Source: Thermotogota bacterium ADurb.Bin062 (GTDB taxonomy: Bacteria > Thermotogota > Thermotogae > MWEM01). From it: a stretch of 64,000 nucleotides of DNA. The position numbers and the translations under genes are program-made. Below, one piece after another: positions 29,836-39,448 of the stretch. Location: contig MWEM01000006.1 in NCBI GenBank assembly GCA_002071085.1, positions 10,198 to 74,197 on the forward strand. Reading direction: 5' to 3'. The first letter of the stretch is position 1, and each line of letters begins with the position of its first letter. The notes under the pieces are model-generated. The model was not told the DNA's origin. It did no database searches and saw only the letters and a program-made list of their open reading frames with translations.

Positions 29836-30402
29836 TCAATAGTTTTCTCGTATCAACCGATCCAAGATGATGGATACGGCGCTGCGAACGGACAGGTGGT
29901 TAAAGGATCCTCCCGGGCGCACCGGCTCGAGATCGTAGTCGCAAAGCGACAACACTTCGGCGGGCAGCCCCCATCCGGTACCGAAGAGTAAAACGATCGG
30001 TCGGGTTTCCGTCAGAAGCAGTCTCTGGCCCTCGTCGTAGGTCATCGAACTGGGCCGCTTTTTCGCCGACGTGAAGATTAGCACCGGTTTTTGGTTCTCT
30101 ATTCTCTCGATCTCCTCGAGCGCGTCCTCCAGATACGGCTTCAGGATCACGTAGTTAAGCGCTTCTGAGCGATTGGGGTTGTAGCGGATTCCGGACCCTT
30201 CGGTCCAAAACTGAACCACCCTTCGCACGATCTCCTGTTGCGCCGGGAGATTAGTCACCATATAGTACTTTTTCACGTTGTAGGTCCGGCATACACGCGC
30301 TATATCGTGTATATCCACATTGGTAACGGCGGTCGCGATGATCTGTTGATCACGTCCGAGACAAGGATAATGCACCAATAGAACATATATTTTATCCAGC
30401 AT
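29836..30402 (-). CDS. SPOUT-type RNA methyltransferase (TrmD-associated)
   Basis: LVHYP, TN.DIHDIAR, LLFGTGWGL, FNHLSVRSA. Confidence 0.88.
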   Translation of the reverse strand: MLDKIYVLLVHYPCLGRDQQIIATAVTNVDIHDIARVCRTYNVKKYYMVTNLPAQQEIVRRVVQFWTEGSGIRYNPNRSEALNYVILKPYLEDALEEIERIENQKPVLIFTSAKKRPSSMTYDEGQRLLLTETRPIVLLFGTGWGLPAEVLSLCDYDLEPVRPGGSFNHLSVRSAVSIILDRLIRENY

Positions 30403-31135
30403 CAGTGGAGAGCTCCCGGATGATTTCTATAATTGCGTTCTTCTCCTCCGGACCGATCTCTTTTTCCAAGAACAGTTTCGGGTGCTTGAGTATCGTCCGA
30501 AGAATAGAATCGCGTTTGCGGGCTTTTTCGATCTCTTGGTGATGGCCGTTAACGTACACTGCGGGTACCTCAAGTCCCCGATACACGGCCGGCCTCGTCC
30601 AATTCGCGTGATCCAGTAGCCCGTTGTAAAAAGAATCCTGTTTCACCGACCGCTCGTTGCCTACCACTCCGGGCACGAAACGGCTGATCGCATCAATCAT
30701 CAACAAGGCGGGGATCTCTCCGCCGCTTACGACGAAGCTGCCGATAGAGAGTTCGTAGTCCACGAGGGTCATAATCCGTTCGTCGATGCCTTCGTACCTT
30801 CCACACAGAAAGAGGAGGTTCTCCTGTCGAGCCAGCTCCTCAGCTCTAGCGGAGTCGAAAATCTGGCCTTGCGGTGAAGGAAAGACGACCTTAAACGGGC
30901 CGTTCCGCGTGGCGTAGTCGTCTATACACTCAAAGACGGGCGCGGGTTTCATCACCATTCCACCGCCCCCGCCGTAGACGTAGTCGTCGGTTGTCCTGTG
31001 GGCGTCGTGGGTATAGTCCCTGAGCTGTATGACCTCGATCTCTAGGGTCTTGTTCGCGCGAGCCCTACTGACTATGCCCCTGGAAAGAAAGGCTTCGATC
31101 ATCTCGGGAAAAATCGAAACGACAGCGAATTTCAT
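30392..31135 (-). CDS. trmD: tRNA (m1G37) methyltransferase
   Basis: GGGGGMVMK, SPQG, CGRYEGIDER, SIGSFVVSGGE. Confidence 0.96.
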   Translation of the reverse strand: MKFAVVSIFPEMIEAFLSRGIVSRARANKTLEIEVIQLRDYTHDAHRTTDDYVYGGGGGMVMKPAPVFECIDDYATRNGPFKVVFPSPQGQIFDSARAEELARQENLLFLCGRYEGIDERIMTLVDYELSIGSFVVSGGEIPALLMIDAISRFVPGVVGNERSVKQDSFYNGLLDHANWTRPAVYRGLEVPAVYVNGHHQEIEKARKRDSILRTILKHPKLFLEKEIGPEEKNAIIEIIRELSTDAG

Positions 31136-31143
31136 CGGCGTGA

Positions 31144-31746
31144 CTAGAATCCTTCATCGGAGCCGGCGTCCGTTTCATCGTCTTTCACGGCCATATAGAC
31201 CGGAGGGCGAATCACCAACCGCTTCTGTTCCAAATCCATCGAAACGAGAAAATCTTTTGCCATCGGGACCAACAGCTCGGAATCCTTCGGGGGATCTCCC
31301 GGCCCCGAAAATGGTTTCCGTATAGACAGAACGTCCGCGCTCCCCGTTTCGATCACATCCTCCACGACTCCCAACCGTTGGCCCTGCTCGTCGTAAACGG
31401 AGGCGCCGAGCAGCTGAAAGAAATAGTACTCCCCCGCTTTGAGCAGGGGTAGATCGCAGAGGTCGAGGTATACCTCATACCCTTCCAATTCTTTGGCCAA
31501 ATCGATGTGGTCGTAGTTCCTAAACCTCAAGATCATCCGATCGCCACGGCGATGGAAGGCGTCGAGGGTACAACGCAGATGACTTCGCTTCTTCGAGTGA
31601 AAGAGGAAAAACTCCTTCCCCGTTTCGAAGACTCCCGGGTAGTTCGCGAGCATCGTGGCTTTGATCTCTCCGCGTAACCCGTGAGGGCCTAAAAGACGCG
31701 CGATCGGCACGGAATGTTCCAGAATTTTCTCAATTTGATGGATCAC
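31144..31746 (-). CDS. rimM: Ribosome maturation factor RimM
   Basis: PHGLRGE, EYYFFQLLG, GSADV, LLVP; operon context. Confidence 0.9.
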   Translation of the reverse strand: MIHQIEKILEHSVPIARLLGPHGLRGEIKATMLANYPGVFETGKEFFLFHSKKRSHLRCTLDAFHRRGDRMILRFRNYDHIDLAKELEGYEVYLDLCDLPLLKAGEYYFFQLLGASVYDEQGQRLGVVEDVIETGSADVLSIRKPFSGPGDPPKDSELLVPMAKDFLVSMDLEQKRLVIRPPVYMAVKDDETDAGSDEGF

Positions 31747-31753
31747 GGAAAGC

Positions 31754-32002
31754 TCACCGCTGCACTCTCAAGATAAACTTTTCTTCTTTTTGACCAGCCA
31801 ACGCGTTCAGAAGGATATTGATCGACTTGATCGTTCGCCCGTCTTTACCGATCACCTGGCCCACGTCTTCGACGTGAAGCCTCAGGTCGTACAGCTCGCT
31901 CGGCGGAGAATCCGGGGTTTTCTCGTCGCTGCGAGAAACTCGGACGTCCTCCGGGTGTTTCACGATTCCTTTGATGATGAACTCTAGCGCATCCTTCATC
32001 AT
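31754..32002 (-). CDS. khpA: KH-domain RNA-binding protein KhpA
   Basis: DVGQVIGKDGRTI; position between rpsP and rimM. Confidence 0.88.
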   Translation of the reverse strand: MMKDALEFIIKGIVKHPEDVRVSRSDEKTPDSPPSELYDLRLHVEDVGQVIGKDGRTIKSINILLNALAGQKEEKFILRVQR

Positions 32003-32012
32003 GACAAGCCGA

Positions 32013-32324
32013 TTATTTCTGCTCAGGCGTTTCCGGCGAGGGGTGGCTCGACGCCTCTCGCTTGCGCTTTTCTCGATCGAAGCTTTCCATCACGCCATGT
32101 TTGGACAAGATGTCTCGGACCGTATCCGTGGGCTGGGCGCCTTTCAGAAGCCAAGCGAGCGCTTTTTCGGTATCCAATTTCGACAAGTTTTGGTCATTGA
32201 TGGGGTCATAGAACCCGATCGACTCGATGTATCTGCCATCTCGCCGCTTGTTCGCTTCAATGACCACTACGCGATAAAAAGGCCTTTTGCGCTTTCCTAA
32301 CCGTGTTAAACGTATTTTTACCAT
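32013..32324 (-). CDS. rpsP: 30S ribosomal protein S16
   Basis: [30 protein letters not shown]. Confidence 0.97.
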   Translation of the reverse strand: MVKIRLTRLGKRKRPFYRVVVIEANKRRDGRYIESIGFYDPINDQNLSKLDTEKALAWLLKGAQPTDTVRDILSKHGVMESFDREKRKREASSHPSPETPEQK

Positions 32325-32368
32325 GAAACCCATAACCTCCTCATATATTAAACACTTAGTATTCAGAA

Positions 32369-33679
32369 CTAGAACGGAAGACGGCTCAACCCTTTAGGCC
32401 CCATTTTCCCGATTTTTTTCACCATCTTCTTCATGTTTTCGAAGTTATCGAGCAATTTCGTGACCTCTGGAAGCGGTCTCCCACTACCTAAGGCGATCCT
32501 TTTCTTTCGGCTATAGTTGATCAGCTTTGGGTTCGCGCGCTCCTTTTTCGTCATCGAACAGATGATCGCTTCCACGTGTTTAATCTGCTTCTCGTCAACG
32601 GTGACACCCTTCAGCTTGCTCCCACCGGGAAGCATTTCCAAGATCGACCGTAAGGAACCCATTTTTTGTATCTGGCGGATTTGCTCCAAGAAATCGTTAA
32701 AGGTGAAGTCCGCTTTCCTGAGTTTCTTTTCGAGCTCTTTGGCTTTCTTTTCGTCTATCGTTTGCTCCACCTTTTCGATGAGTGAGAGCACGTCGCCTAA
32801 CCCGAGTATGCGCGAGGAAAGACGGTCGGGGTAAAAAGCCTCCAACCCGTCAATCTTCTCGCTGACCCCGATGAACTTGATCGGCTTTCCGGTGACGCTT
32901 CGAATCGATAGGGCAACACCGCCGCGGGCGTCTCCGTCCATCTTCGTCAAGACGAACCCGGTCACCGCTAAGCGGTCATTGAATGTTTTCGCCGTTTGAA
33001 CCGCATCCTGCCCGATCATCGCGTCCAAAACCATCAAGACCTCGTCGGGCTTGACGATCTCCCGTACCTTCTCCACTTCGCGCATCATCTCTTCATTGAT
33101 GTGAAGCCGACCGGCGGTGTCGAAGATCACCACGTCATATAGGGACCCGATCGCCAACTTCATCCCCTCTTGACAGATCTTGTCGACGTGGCGCCGATCC
33201 CCGGAAAAGACGGTGACGCCTATCTCCGCGCCTAGTATTTCGAGTTGATCGATCGCGGCAGGGCGATAGATGTCCGCGGCGACCAACAGCACTTTCCGCC
33301 CTTCGCTCTTGATGATGCGCGCAAGCTTCGCCCCGGTCGTGGTTTTCCCGCTACCCTGTAGCCCAACGAGCATAATCGGCGAAGGTTTCTGGGTGAAACG
33401 GAGCTTCTCGTGCTTTTCTCCCATCAACGCCGTCAGCTCGTCTCGGACAATTTTGATGAATTGTTGGTCCGGCGTCAGACTGTTGAAAACCTCCGCGCCT
33501 ATGGCCTTCTCTTTCACCTTTTCGATGAAGTCTTTGACCACTTTGTAGTTGACATCGGCTTCCAGCAACGACAATTTGACCATCCGTATCGCTTCCTGGA
33601 TGTTCTTTTCCGATATCTTCCCCTGTCCTCGTAAGGATTTAAACGCTTTTTCGAGTTTTTCTTGCAGGCTTTCGAACAA
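32369..33679 (-). CDS. ffh: Signal recognition particle protein Ffh
   Basis: [25 protein letters not shown] domain; TTG start after GAGGG. Confidence 0.97.
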   Translation of the reverse strand: MFESLQEKLEKAFKSLRGQGKISEKNIQEAIRMVKLSLLEADVNYKVVKDFIEKVKEKAIGAEVFNSLTPDQQFIKIVRDELTALMGEKHEKLRFTQKPSPIMLVGLQGSGKTTTGAKLARIIKSEGRKVLLVAADIYRPAAIDQLEILGAEIGVTVFSGDRRHVDKICQEGMKLAIGSLYDVVIFDTAGRLHINEEMMREVEKVREIVKPDEVLMVLDAMIGQDAVQTAKTFNDRLAVTGFVLTKMDGDARGGVALSIRSVTGKPIKFIGVSEKIDGLEAFYPDRLSSRILGLGDVLSLIEKVEQTIDEKKAKELEKKLRKADFTFNDFLEQIRQIQKMGSLRSILEMLPGGSKLKGVTVDEKQIKHVEAIICSMTKKERANPKLINYSRKKRIALGSGRPLPEVTKLLDNFENMKKMVKKIGKMGPKGLSRLPF

Positions 33680-33983
33680 CCAAATCCCTCCTAGAAAAAA
33701 CCTCTCGAGTATACAGTAAAAGGGTATGAGAGTCAATCGAAATGACGCTTTCCCACGAAAAATCTGGCATAAATATGCGTTAATTATAGTTTACGTCGTA
33801 TGCTTGACTCTGTGAATCCATTGGCTAAATGCGTGGGTATAGTATCGAGGTAGAACAAAAAGACGGAAAGCGGAGGAGGAGAAGAAAAACGGCTCTAGTT
33901 TGAGCCGCCATTAGAGCTCATTTGACCCTTCAAGGGGTGGGTAAAGAAGTGTATTTTTCGGCCCCGCGAAGAGTACGAAGACT

Positions 33984-34188
33984 ATCGCGGGGTAACCAGC
34001 AGGCTGGCTTCTTGTGTGTTATCGCGGGGTAAGTGGTTTTCAAGACCCCGCGACCCGCCCCTTCTTAAAAGCGTATCGCGCCGTCGCTAAAAGAAGGAGC
34101 GCTTACGCCGCGATGACCTCACGGACTAAAAATCGCGCGGCCGATTCCGGCCTTGTTTCTTGAGCGCACTCCATAACTTCTCACACAC
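33984..34188 (+). repeat. Mosaic repeat array B (partial W-X-Y-Z)
   Basis: Partial W 33984-34012, X 34021-34053, Y 34071-34115, Z ~34122-34188. Confidence 0.9.
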
Positions 34189-34226
34189 GACCCATCAAAT
34201 CGCGTTCAAGCCTTTTGTCAGACTAT

Positions 34227-34472
34227 CTACATTAAGTGCTTCTTTAACTCTTCCTCGTTTTTCATATCGATTAGCTCAAGGCCCAGAGCATCAAGTTTCT
34301 CTATTGTAAGGGTCTTCAGCCTTTCGAAATATTTCTTCGAAGCCTTAGGGAATTTTTTGGATATTTGTTTCCAAAGCAATTCTTCTCTTCCCTTTTCCAT
34401 TCCTTTTTCTAAGCCTTCTTCTCTGCCTTTTTCTCTTCCTTCCTGTCTGAGCATATCCGCGATTGTTTGCAT
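34227..34472 (-). CDS. Putative internally translated small Rpn C-terminal protein (81 aa)
   Basis: AGGAG at 34480-34484 (minus strand), 7 nt before the in-frame ATG at 34472: MQTIADMLRQEGREKGREEG...KHLM. Confidence 0.6.
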   Translation of the reverse strand: MQTIADMLRQEGREKGREEGLEKGMEKGREELLWKQISKKFPKASKKYFERLKTLTIEKLDALGLELIDMKNEEELKKHLM

Positions 34473-35132
34473 CTTTTCGCTCCTTTCTTCCGATACCGTT
34501 CCCATCAGTTCTGACAATTGTTGGAAATACTCCCCGCCCATCGTTTCGAACAGGTAGATCGTACAGACCTGGAAAAACCGTTCATTCGCTTCTGTCTGCG
34601 GCAATTCCGAAATCGTCACTGCGACTCGGAACATCGTTTCTCGAATCGCTGCTTTTCCCCTGAGCGATCTCATCCTTAGTACGTCCAAATAGATTCGAAG
34701 ACGTTTCGCCCCTTTGACCTCTTCGTCTCTCAATGACGAAATTTCAAACAGTTCATATTTATAGTCTGGGATGTAGTCTTAGAAAACCACGGGGAGAATC
34801 ACTGGCAGAGGCTGCGGTACTGTCTTCTTCCATATGGAGGTCATATACCCCAGGAGCTGAAGGCTCACGTGTTTGTCAACCTTGCTTTTGTGTTCGAACA
34901 GCAGATAGACATACCCCTCTTCCTGTTGCATCTTCACCCGAAAGAGCAGATCGAAGAAGTATTCCGAGAGGTCTTTCTCGACGTAACTGTCTTTTTCTAT
35001 CGTTATCGATTCGGGATCGATTAACCGGACGATCTTCGGAGGTAGATAGTGTTGGAGGAAAGACTTCGCGGTTTCTATATCCCCCAAGACTTCTTTAAAA
35101 AATCTGTCGTGTGACTTACTGATTTTTTCCAC
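34227..35132 (-). pseudogene. Rpn/YhgA-like PD-(D/E)XK nuclease ('putative transposase') with an in-frame TAA
   Basis: HDRFFK, DLLFRV, YLLFEHKS, LQLLGYM, LPVILPVVF then TAA at 34779-34781, continuing in frame DYIPDYKYELFEIS...; AT-richer than the flanks. Confidence 0.85.
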
Positions 35133-35227
35133 GGATATCCCTCCAGAAGAAAGTCTCATCGTATCATACCTCAAAGGCGGGATTTCCAAAAAGAAAAAGC
35201 GTCTCCGCCTTTTTTTCTTTCTCAAAA

Positions 35228-35600
35228 GCGTATCGCGGGCGTCGCGAAAAGCAAAAGCGCTTACGCCGCGATGCTGCCTTCGAGAATGCTCCCAGTGAAA
35301 AGGAAAAACCTGCCAAACTAAAGTTTGGCGTTCCCAGGGCGTTCACAAGTATCTTTTCACAGTGTTTTCTGTGCCCTCCGTGCGAATTCTGTTTTTAGAT
35401 ATGCCAACTTTAAAGTTGGCGTTCCCAGAAATTCTGCCGAACTGAAGTTCGGCGTTCCAAGACGTCCCCTGAGAAAGGCCGACTGGAAGTCGGCCCCACG
35501 AAGAGAAGGGGCGCTTACGCCGCGATGACTACATAGACTAAAAACCCCGCGGCCGATTCTAACCTTGTTTCTTGATTACACCCCATAACTTGACACACAC
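35228..35600 (+). repeat. Mosaic repeat array C (Y-V-U-V-V-T/Y-tail-Z)
   Basis: Y 35228-35273; V 35312-35337, 35403-35428, 35436-35460; U ~35365-35395; T 35477-35499; TACGCCGCGATG seam to 35527; Z ~35535-35600. Confidence 0.9.
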
Positions 35601-35626
35601 CGGCAAAATCCTCGAACCCGGGACTA

Positions 35627-35635
35627 TGTTATAAT
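35627..35635 (+). promoter_or_regulatory. Extended -10 promoter for pgsBCW
   Basis: TGTTATAAT ~45 bp upstream of pgsB. Confidence 0.6.
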
Positions 35636-35679
35636 CGAGAGGTCTCAAGATCATCCATCCCATAGGAGGATGAGCGTCC

Positions 35680-36903
35680 TTGTTCATACTATTGACCGCT
35701 AGCTGTTTGGTCGCCATCTTGACTTACCTGATCTATGAGCAACGACAGCTGAAAAAGTGCTATCGCGCGATCCCCATTCGCGTGTGCGTTACGGGTACCC
35801 GCGGGAAATCCAGCATTACCCGGATGATTACATGGCTCCTACAACGAGAGGGGTTACCCACTTGCGGGAAGATCACGGGCACCAACGCTCGCTTTCTGCG
35901 CCCAGACGGTACGGAAGAGCCGATTGTTCGCAAACGGCCTGCCTCGATCCTGGAACAGAAGCGGATGTTGAGAAGAGCCGCCCAAGAAGGGGCTTACGCC
36001 TACGTAAGCGAAGTGATGAGCGTCACGCCCGAATACCAGAATACCGAAACCAAGCGAATCCTCTCGCCGACCCATCTCGTCATCGCGAACGTCCGAGCGG
36101 ACCATCTATCGGTGACCGGCGCTTCCCTCGAAGAGATCGGCTCTGTCTTCTTCCGGTCCGCCCCAACACATACCCTCATCGTGACGACACGTGACGTGGC
36201 CACACGCTACGGAGCGAACCGTCCCTCATCGCAACGCGTTATTTCAGTGGAGGCCGAACATTTCCCTTTCGACCCGCTGGATTTTTCTTATCCCGAGTTC
36301 CCGGAAAACTACGCTCTCGCCGTTTCCTGCGTGGAAGAGGTCCTGAAATCTCTCTCCGAATTCGACTCGGGCCGACCGGTTCCTAAAGAGAACCTGACGG
36401 ACCCTCGAACGATTTCGATGAAGGGGCTGAGGTCCGATTTCGGCGTCCTTCGAGCGTGGAAAGCATACGGGAAGGTTTTTGTCAGCGGTTTCGCCGCGAA
36501 CGACCCCGAATCGACCGAGTCCATCCTTCAGGCTTGCGAACGAGCCTTCGGCTGGCCCCGAAACGAAGCGATCGGCTGGTGCCACTTGCGTATCGACAAG
36601 GGCGAAAGAAGCTTGCAGTGGCTGGAGGAGTGGCAACAAAAAGGCATACCCTTCCGAAAACTCTATTTGAGCGGCGGACATGCGGTAGCCGTCAAGAGGC
36701 GCCTTCGAAACCCGAAGGTGAGTTTGCTTCGCGAAGCGCCTATGGAGCATATTGTGAAGATCCTATCCGAAGAAACCTCTCCGGCCGTCTTCGGATTCGG
36801 GAATATCAAAGGATTTGGCGCGCGGTTCGTCGAGTACCTCTCCTCCGACCCGGCGAGATTCCCTCCCTGTTCGATACAGGTCACAAAGGAGCGTTTACCG
36901 TGA
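35680..36903 (+). CDS. pgsB: Poly-gamma-glutamate synthetase PgsB/CapB
   Basis: IPIRVCVTGTRGKSS, GKITGT, EVM...PEYQ, NVRADH, FAANDPEST. Confidence 0.9.
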   Translation: MFILLTASCLVAILTYLIYEQRQLKKCYRAIPIRVCVTGTRGKSSITRMITWLLQREGLPTCGKITGTNARFLRPDGTEEPIVRKRPASILEQKRMLRRAAQEGAYAYVSEVMSVTPEYQNTETKRILSPTHLVIANVRADHLSVTGASLEEIGSVFFRSAPTHTLIVTTRDVATRYGANRPSSQRVISVEAEHFPFDPLDFSYPEFPENYALAVSCVEEVLKSLSEFDSGRPVPKENLTDPRTISMKGLRSDFGVLRAWKAYGKVFVSGFAANDPESTESILQACERAFGWPRNEAIGWCHLRIDKGERSLQWLEEWQQKGIPFRKLYLSGGHAVAVKRRLRNPKVSLLREAPMEHIVKILSEETSPAVFGFGNIKGFGARFVEYLSSDPARFPPCSIQVTKERLP

Positions 36904-37343
36904 TACAAATAAACACTTTGGTCGGTTTAACCCTCTCGCTGTTTTTTACGGAATGGTTCGGTTTGTATCCTGGGGGCATCATCGTCCCGGTTTACCTCTC
37001 GCTCTATGTGGAGCAACCCCTGCGGATCGTAGGGACCCTTTTCATATCTCTGGCAACCCTCCTTCTATATCGTTGGCTTTGCCGCTACGTCATACTCTAC
37101 GGGAGAAGGAGATTTATACTGTTGATCCTCATCGGGTCTATCCTAAATTTTTCGTGGACCTTTTTTTCTGGCGCGCTCTTTGCCGAAGCCCTACGGCTGC
37201 AAGGGATCGGATGGGTCATCCCGGGACTGATGGCGAATGCCTACGAGCGGCAAGGAATCGGCAAGACTCTTCTGGCGATGGCGGTGGTGACGCTATCGAT
37301 CTTCTTTTCTATCCGGATCGTCACCTTGTTTTTCTTCACTTAA
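36900..37343 (+). CDS. pgsC: Poly-gamma-glutamate biosynthesis protein PgsC/CapC
   Basis: E.FGLYPGGIIVP.YL, LYGRRRF, IGWVIPGL.AN..ERQG; GTG overlaps the pgsB stop. Confidence 0.9.
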   Translation: MIQINTLVGLTLSLFFTEWFGLYPGGIIVPVYLSLYVEQPLRIVGTLFISLATLLLYRWLCRYVILYGRRRFILLILIGSILNFSWTFFSGALFAEALRLQGIGWVIPGLMANAYERQGIGKTLLAMAVVTLSIFFSIRIVTLFFFT

Positions 37344-37354
37344 GGGGGCTTTCG

Positions 37355-38449
37355 ATGAAAGCCAAAGACATCTGGCTTATGCTGGGCCTGGCCGTATCCT
37401 TCTTCTTTCTCTTCCGGTTCGTGTGGTACCGTCAGGAAAACGATGACTACGCCGAAATGCATCGCGCGCGCCAAGAGATGGTCCAAGCGCTTCAAATCGT
37501 GCGCGGGGAACGGCTTAACCGCGGGATTCCGATCGACCTCGTCACCGACCCCAACCAAACCGGCATCATCGGCTATGAATACTCGGAGATCACCTCGACG
37601 CCTGGCGAACTCGAGGCTAAACGGACGACGACCAATCCAGATATGGCTGCGTTGATGGTCTCGTTTTTCAAGGAATTGGGCTTGTCAAGAGGGGATATCG
37701 TTGTCGTCGGTTCTTCGGGGTCGTTCCCTTCGCTCTATATCGCCTGTCTCAGCGCTTGCGAAGCGATGGGATTGGCCCCGCTATCCATCATCTCTTTGAT
37801 GGCCTCCGAATATGGCGCAAACATCCCGGGGTTCAACTTTCTGGATATGGTTACGGCCTTAAAGGAGGCCGGAAAGACGGCCTTTTATCCAGGAGCTGTG
37901 TCTATAGGCGGAGAGTCCGATTCCGGAAAGGGAGTTTCGAGCGATGTCATAGGTAAGCTGGAAACCCAAATCGAAAGCTCCGGATTGCAGTATTTTCGCA
38001 ACCCGTCCTTGAAAGAGGGCACTCAAGAGCGATTGGACTGGCTTAACGAGCTAATCGGAGAAAGGCCAATAAAGGCCTTCGTCAACATCGGGGGGGCGAC
38101 GGCGAACGTGGGCACCGACCCGATCTTCTTGTACCTAAAACCTGGGGTCAACCACATTTCACAGTATGCGCCTTTCGAGACCGGCGGGCTCCTTTACGCG
38201 CTTGCACGACAGGGTATACCGGTCATCCATCTCCTGTACGTGAAGGGATTGGTCGCGCAAAACGGTCTCCCGTGGGACCCGATCCCGCTCCCCTCGGAAC
38301 TGTCTTTACAACGTAAACTGCTTGGCGTTTCGGAAAAAGCGGCGATGGCGACGCTGTTCCTCGCCTATTGGGCTATCGCTCTTTTACTACGCCTTCGAGG
38401 AGCCCGAACCCTTCGTCACCGCCTGGGTCTTTTCGATCGTCAACGATGA
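37355..38449 (+). CDS. pgsW: Poly-gamma-glutamate system protein PgsW
   Basis: DPNQTGIIG.EYSEITST.G.LEAKRTTTNPD, SGSFP, S.YGAN, FVNIGG, IPVIHLL; follows pgsBC. Confidence 0.85.
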   Translation: MKAKDIWLMLGLAVSFFFLFRFVWYRQENDDYAEMHRARQEMVQALQIVRGERLNRGIPIDLVTDPNQTGIIGYEYSEITSTPGELEAKRTTTNPDMAALMVSFFKELGLSRGDIVVVGSSGSFPSLYIACLSACEAMGLAPLSIISLMASEYGANIPGFNFLDMVTALKEAGKTAFYPGAVSIGGESDSGKGVSSDVIGKLETQIESSGLQYFRNPSLKEGTQERLDWLNELIGERPIKAFVNIGGATANVGTDPIFLYLKPGVNHISQYAPFETGGLLYALARQGIPVIHLLYVKGLVAQNGLPWDPIPLPSELSLQRKLLGVSEKAAMATLFLAYWAIALLLRLRGARTLRHRLGLFDRQR

Positions 38450-39448
38450 ATCCACGGTAGCCTTCGGTTGGTGGACGGCCCCGCTCCAAAGCGCGTGCCA
38501 ACCCGCGCGTGCGATCATCGCCGCGTTGTCCATGCAATCTTCGACCCTCGGAAAGAAGACCGTATACCCCCATTTGGCCGCGCGACTTCGCGCCTTCTCC
38601 CGTAGCGCGCGGTTCGCGGACACCCCGCCGGCGAAGACGAGCTTCCTATACCCGGTCTGACGGCCGGCTAAAAAGGTCTTTTCGACGAGGATATCGGTGA
38701 TCGCCTCTTGATAAGAAGCGGCGGCGTCTGATACCGAGGAGTCGGGATGTTTCTTCATATGATAGAGCAAAGCCGTTTTTAACCCGCTAAAGGAGAAGTC
38801 CATAGTGCCTTGTTTCTTTAGGGGCAGGGGGAAGCGGACCGAGTGTGGATCTCCCGTTTCGGCTGCCTTCGATACGCTTGGGCCTCCCGGATAGGGTAGC
38901 CCCAAGATTCGGGCACCTTTGTCGAAGGCCTCTCCGGCGGCGTCGTCAAGTGTCCCCCCGAGATGACGGAGGTCTTCGTAGGAGACCACCGCGTACAGAT
39001 CGGTGTGACCTCCGGACACCAAGAGTACGATGAACGGAGGGGCGAGCTCCGGATGAGTCAGGGCATTCGAGAAGATGTGGCCGATGAGATGGTTCACTGG
39101 GATAAAAGGGATGCCTAAGGCGCAGGCGACCGCTTTTCCCGTGCACACTCCCACCAATAGGGAGCCGATCAAACCTGGACCGATCGTACACGCGACCGCT
39201 GACAGGTCTCCCCAAGAGAGACCGGCAGATTCGAGGGCACGATCCAAAAGCGTGTGGATCGTTTCGAAATGCTTTCGAGAGGCGATTTCGGGCACGACCC
39301 CGTTAAACACCTGATGGGCGTCTATCTGGGAGAGCAACTCGTTGGCGAGGACCTTCCCCTCGTCGTCCAAAATCGCAACGCCCGTATCATCGCAAGAGGT
39401 TTCTATCCCCAACAGATAGCGACGGGCTTTGGGTACCGAATTAGACAC
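38387..39448 (-). CDS. tsaD: tRNA N6-adenosine threonylcarbamoyltransferase TsaD
   Basis: LGIETSCDDT, VPEIASR.H, GPGL, NHLIGH, SGGHT, DDAAGEAFDK, DNAAMI. Confidence 0.96.
   Translation of the reverse strand: MSNSVPKARRYLLGIETSCDDTGVAILDDEGKVLANELLSQIDAHQVFNGVVPEIASRKHFETIHTLLDRALESAGLSWGDLSAVACTIGPGLIGSLLVGVCTGKAVACALGIPFIPVNHLIGHIFSNALTHPELAPPFIVLLVSGGHTDLYAVVSYEDLRHLGGTLDDAAGEAFDKGARILGLPYPGGPSVSKAAETGDPHSVRFPLPLKKQGTMDFSFSGLKTALLYHMKKHPDSSVSDAAASYQEAITDILVEKTFLAGRQTGYRKLVFAGGVSANRALREKARSRAAKWGYTVFFPRVEDCMDNAAMIARAGWHALWSGAVHQPKATVDSSLTIEKTQAVTKGSGSSKA

Noticed and set aside
34779-34781. Programmed frameshift or selenocysteine readthrough in the Rpn gene
   Set aside because: Both halves are in the same frame, the stop is TAA not TGA, and conserved residues are missing at the junction, which points to a deletion.
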